A DNA stretch of 64,000 nucleotides from Narcine bancroftii. Its lineage: Eukaryota. Positions within the stretch are counted from its first letter, which is position 1. Every line of letters starts with the position of its first letter. This document shows positions 60,701 to 64,000 of the stretch, one piece after another. The translations under genes were made by a program, and so were the position numbers. The notes beneath the pieces are model-generated. The model was not told the origin of the DNA and did not search any database. It saw nothing but the letters and a program-made list of their open reading frames with translations. The stretch is taken from positions 204,600,001-204,664,000 of the forward strand of contig NC_091472.1 in NCBI RefSeq assembly GCF_036971445.1. The letters run 5' to 3'.

Positions 60701-63453
60701 CCTCCTGCCAGTGACAGCCCAAGCCACCTGCCCCCATAACCCAGCACCCCATGTGTAACCTCTCCACCCTTCGGGTCACTCCTCCAGCACTCTTCGCAAA
60801 CCTCACCCCTGGCTGGAAACCAGTGGCCACCAAAAGCCAGCAGTATAGTTATGAAGACAGGAAATTCATCACAAGCGAGGTGTACAGATTGCTGGACGAG
60901 GGCATTATCGAACCCAGCTCAAGTCCCTGGAGGGCCCAGGTGGTGGTGGTTAAAAACAGGGAGAAGCCATGGATGGTGGTTGTCTACAGCCAGACAGTCA
61001 ACCGCTTCACGCTTCTGGATGTGTACCCCCTCCCACGGATCACGGATGTGGTGAATCAGATCGCCCAATACCATGTGTTCTTCATCATTGACTTACGTTT
61101 GGCCTATCACCTGCTCCCGATCCACCAAGAAGACCGACCTTTCACGGCCTTCAAAGCAAATGGGCGGCTGTATCAATTCCTCAGGGTAGTCTTTGGGGTC
61201 ACGAATGGTGTCGCAGTTTTCCAGCGGGAAATGGACTGGTTGGTAGACCAGAATGGGCTAACCTACTTTCCCGTACCTGGACAATGTCACCATCTGCAGC
61301 CATGACACGCAGGGTCATGATGCCAACTTCGAGAAATTTTTTCAGACTACGATTCGGCTGATCTTAACCTACAATTTCGACAAGTGTGTCTTTTGGACCA
61401 CTCGGCTCGCAATTGTAGGTTGCGTGGTGGAGAACGGGGTGGTAATGCCAGACCCTAACCATATGTGTCCCCTCATGGACTTGCCACCCCCCCCCCCACA
61501 CCCAAAAGGCACTCAGACATTGCCTGGGTTTCTTTTCGTACTACGCCAATGGGTTCCACACTATGCCGACAAGGCACGGCCACTTATCAAGACCACCTCC
61601 TTCACCTTGTCAACCGCAGCCAGAGCGGCTTTCGACTGCATCAAATCGGACATCACCGCTGCAATGCTGCACCCCATCGATGAGTCCATTCCATTCTAAG
61701 TAGAGATCGATGCATCCAATTTTGCACTGGCGGCCACGTTGAACCAGGCCGGCCGGCCTGTAGTCTTCTCCAGGGCCCTGAGAGCTGACACTCTTCTGTC
61801 GAGAAGGAGGCCCAGGCCATAGTCAAAGCAGTATGTCATTGGAGACACTACCTCACTGGCAGGCTCTTTGGGCTGGTGACCAACCAACGTGTGGTTTTGT
61901 TCACGTTTAGTAGTACTCAGTGAGGTAAGATCAAGAACGACAAGATCATTAGGTGGAGAATTGAACTCTCCACCTTCAATTACGACATTTTGTACCGGCC
62001 TGGTAAGCTCACGACCCACCAGACGTGCTCTCCAGGGGGACTTGCGCCAACATACAACTGGACAGGCTGCAGAGACTCCATGAGGAGCTCTGTCATCCGG
62101 GGGTCACTAGGTTTGCGCACTTGGTTAAGACTTGCAACATGCCCTACACGGTCGAGGAGATTCGCTCCATGACCCGAGCCTGCCTGGTGTTCGCTGAGTA
62201 CAAGCCCCACTTCTTCCGTGAACTTCAAGGGGCCCCTACCGTCGACCGACCGTAACACCTACATTTTTACAGTGATCGACGAGTATTCTCGCTTCTGGAT
62301 CGCTGTGCCCTGCTTGGACATGACTGCCTCCTCAGTCATAGAGGCCTTGCACAGCATATTCGCCATTTTCAGGTACTCCAGTTACATCCACAGTGACCGG
62401 GGGTCCTCATTTATGAGCGCTGAGCTGTGGCAGTACTCTTGGAGCTTGGTATTGATTTGAGCAGGACCACCAGCTATAACCCACGCGGTAATGGGCAAGT
62501 TGAAAAAGAGAATGGCACTGTCTGGAAAGCAGTTACACTTGCCCTCCGGTCCAAAGGCCTCCCACTGCTCGCTAGCAGGACCTGCTCACTAGCACTCTAC
62601 ACTCCATCCACTTCCTCCTATGCACCGTGACTAATGCCACCCCCCATGAAAGGATGTTCTCTTTCCTGAGGAAATCTGAATCGGGAACAACCACGCCGGT
62701 GTGGCTCATGGTTCCCGGACCTGTCCTCCTGCAATGCCACATTTGGTACTCAAAGAATGACCCTTTGGTTGACCGAGTGACGCTGCTCCATGCGAACCCG
62801 CATTATGCATACACTGAGTACCTGGATGGGCGGGAGGATATGATCTCGGTAAGGGACCTAGCCCAAGCTGGATCGGACCCAGCATTGCTCCCAACCCAAC
62901 CTCCTCCAAATCCTTCTCCCTTAGGTCACGTGCTTGAACAGAGGGATCAGCACCACCCCACCAACTCAGGCCAGCCTGTCGACAATGCCATTGGGGATGG
63001 TGGCCGCACCCAATGAGCCCACCAGTGACACAACTCCAGTGACCCCAATTTCAGCACCACGGCGGTCACGCCGGACGATCAGGGCCCCTGACCGTTACAG
63101 CCCCTAACCTCCTACCAGTCTCTTTCCCCCCCCCCCCACCCATTTTTTTTACAGCCCTCCATTCACCCCGGGGACAGTTCTCAAAGAAGGGGTGAATGTG
63201 GTAGTACAGATTCTATCACCAATGTGATTAGCTGAGAGCATAGCCACGCCTACTGGCAAGTCTTAAAGTGTTACTCCTAGCCAGACCCAGATAATTCTGG
63301 ACTGGTCAACCTACAGGTGATACGCTTCAGACTTCTAGTTAATAAAAGCCTTGGTTTGGATCAACAAGCCTTTGATTCTTTTGATGTGCACTACACTCTA
63401 ACAAACCTTTCCCAATTTATCTCCCAAAAACATGTCTAAAATACTCTGTCACA
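57713..63453. mobile_element. Solo LTR family X (57713-58667 plus 63396-63453) split by the Gypsy insertion
   Basis: Collinear with 20916-21907. The sequence ...TACTCTA|ACAAACCTTTCCCAAT... resumes after the Gypsy element. Confidence 0.85.
58668..63395 (+). mobile_element. Complete but degraded Gypsy/Ty3 LTR retrotransposon (5' LTR 58668-58899, 3' LTR 63197-63395)
   Basis: TG...CA LTRs, 5-bp TSD CTCTA (58663-58667 and 63396-63400), and PPT AAAGAAGGGGTGAA. Domain order is gag with CCHC remnants, protease FDSGS, RT SPWRAQVVVV...YPLPRI, RNase H, integrase DEYSRF...HSDRG...GNGQVE. Confidence 0.95.
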
Positions 63454-63539
63454 ACATAAAGCAAGCTATCAAAATATGAGGTGTAATGTTTCTATGGTAA
63501 ATTACATGAAAATATATGAGAGCGGGTAGAATTTAATTA

Positions 63540-64000
63540 TATTGTCAAGGAGGAGGTTACAGAGTGCCAAGAGGGGGCATGACAAGTTGGGCCTTTCAAC
63601 ATGGTTTCCTTAAATGGAAATCATGTCTGACAAATTTTTTGATTAGTAGGATAGACAGGGGAGATGCAGTGGCAGTTCTGTATTTGGACTTTCAAAAGGC
63701 CTTTGACAAGGTGTAACACATGAAGCTGCTTCACAAGATAGAAGGATGGGTAGAGCATTGGCTGATGAGAGTGGGATAAAGGGATCCTATTCTGGTTGGC
63801 TACCAGTGATGTTTTGCAGGGGTCATTGCTGTGGCCGCTTCTTTTTACATTGTCTTTAAATGATTTGGATTATGGAATTGATAGCTTAGTGGCTAAATTT
63901 GTAGATGATATCAAAATAGATGGTAGGGCAGGCGGTGCTGAGGATACCAAAAGATTGAAGAGAGAATTGGGTAGATTAGAACAGGCAAAGAGATGGCCTG
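63540..64000 (+). mobile_element. Degraded CR1 RT fragment running off the window
   Basis: YLDFQKAFDKV and KFVDDIKIDG motifs visible in translation. Confidence 0.75.

Overview
Repeat-rich vertebrate genomic DNA, almost certainly from a cartilaginous fish (shark, skate or ray), inferred from the light-chain type and the repeat families. Most of the window is nested transposable elements: several L1-clade LINE families, RTE, CR1, Rex1/Babar, Penelope, a Gypsy provirus, solo LTRs, hAT-type MITEs and a SINE. Two immune genes sit in the unique islands and point away from each other. (1) Minus strand: an apparently intact, germline-joined (V-J fused, no RSS) lambda/type II immunoglobulin light-chain gene. 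It has a leader exon at 16125-16173, a VJ exon at 15696-16043, a C exon at 11976-12298, an octamer promoter, and a 1.4-kb minisatellite in the J-C intron whose sense strand is a tandem array of splice-acceptor-like motifs. (2) Plus strand: a single-IgV type I membrane receptor that I cannot name. Its signal+V exon is 43628-44039, its phase-compatible TM exon is 52675-52770, and a candidate cytoplasmic exon lies at 55788-55834. The V domain mixes CTLA-4/CD28 features (F-G loop LDPPL...GNGS, D-strand Cys) with PD-1-like features, and it is the best candidate for something new. Other oddities: a Gypsy element with no tRNA primer site but an LTR-complementary (self-priming-like) hairpin, a telomeric-repeat patch inside one L1 copy, a four-level nested insertion, and an RSS-like element with a 22-bp spacer in the light-chain intron. 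All family assignments come from motif recognition by eye; no database search was run.
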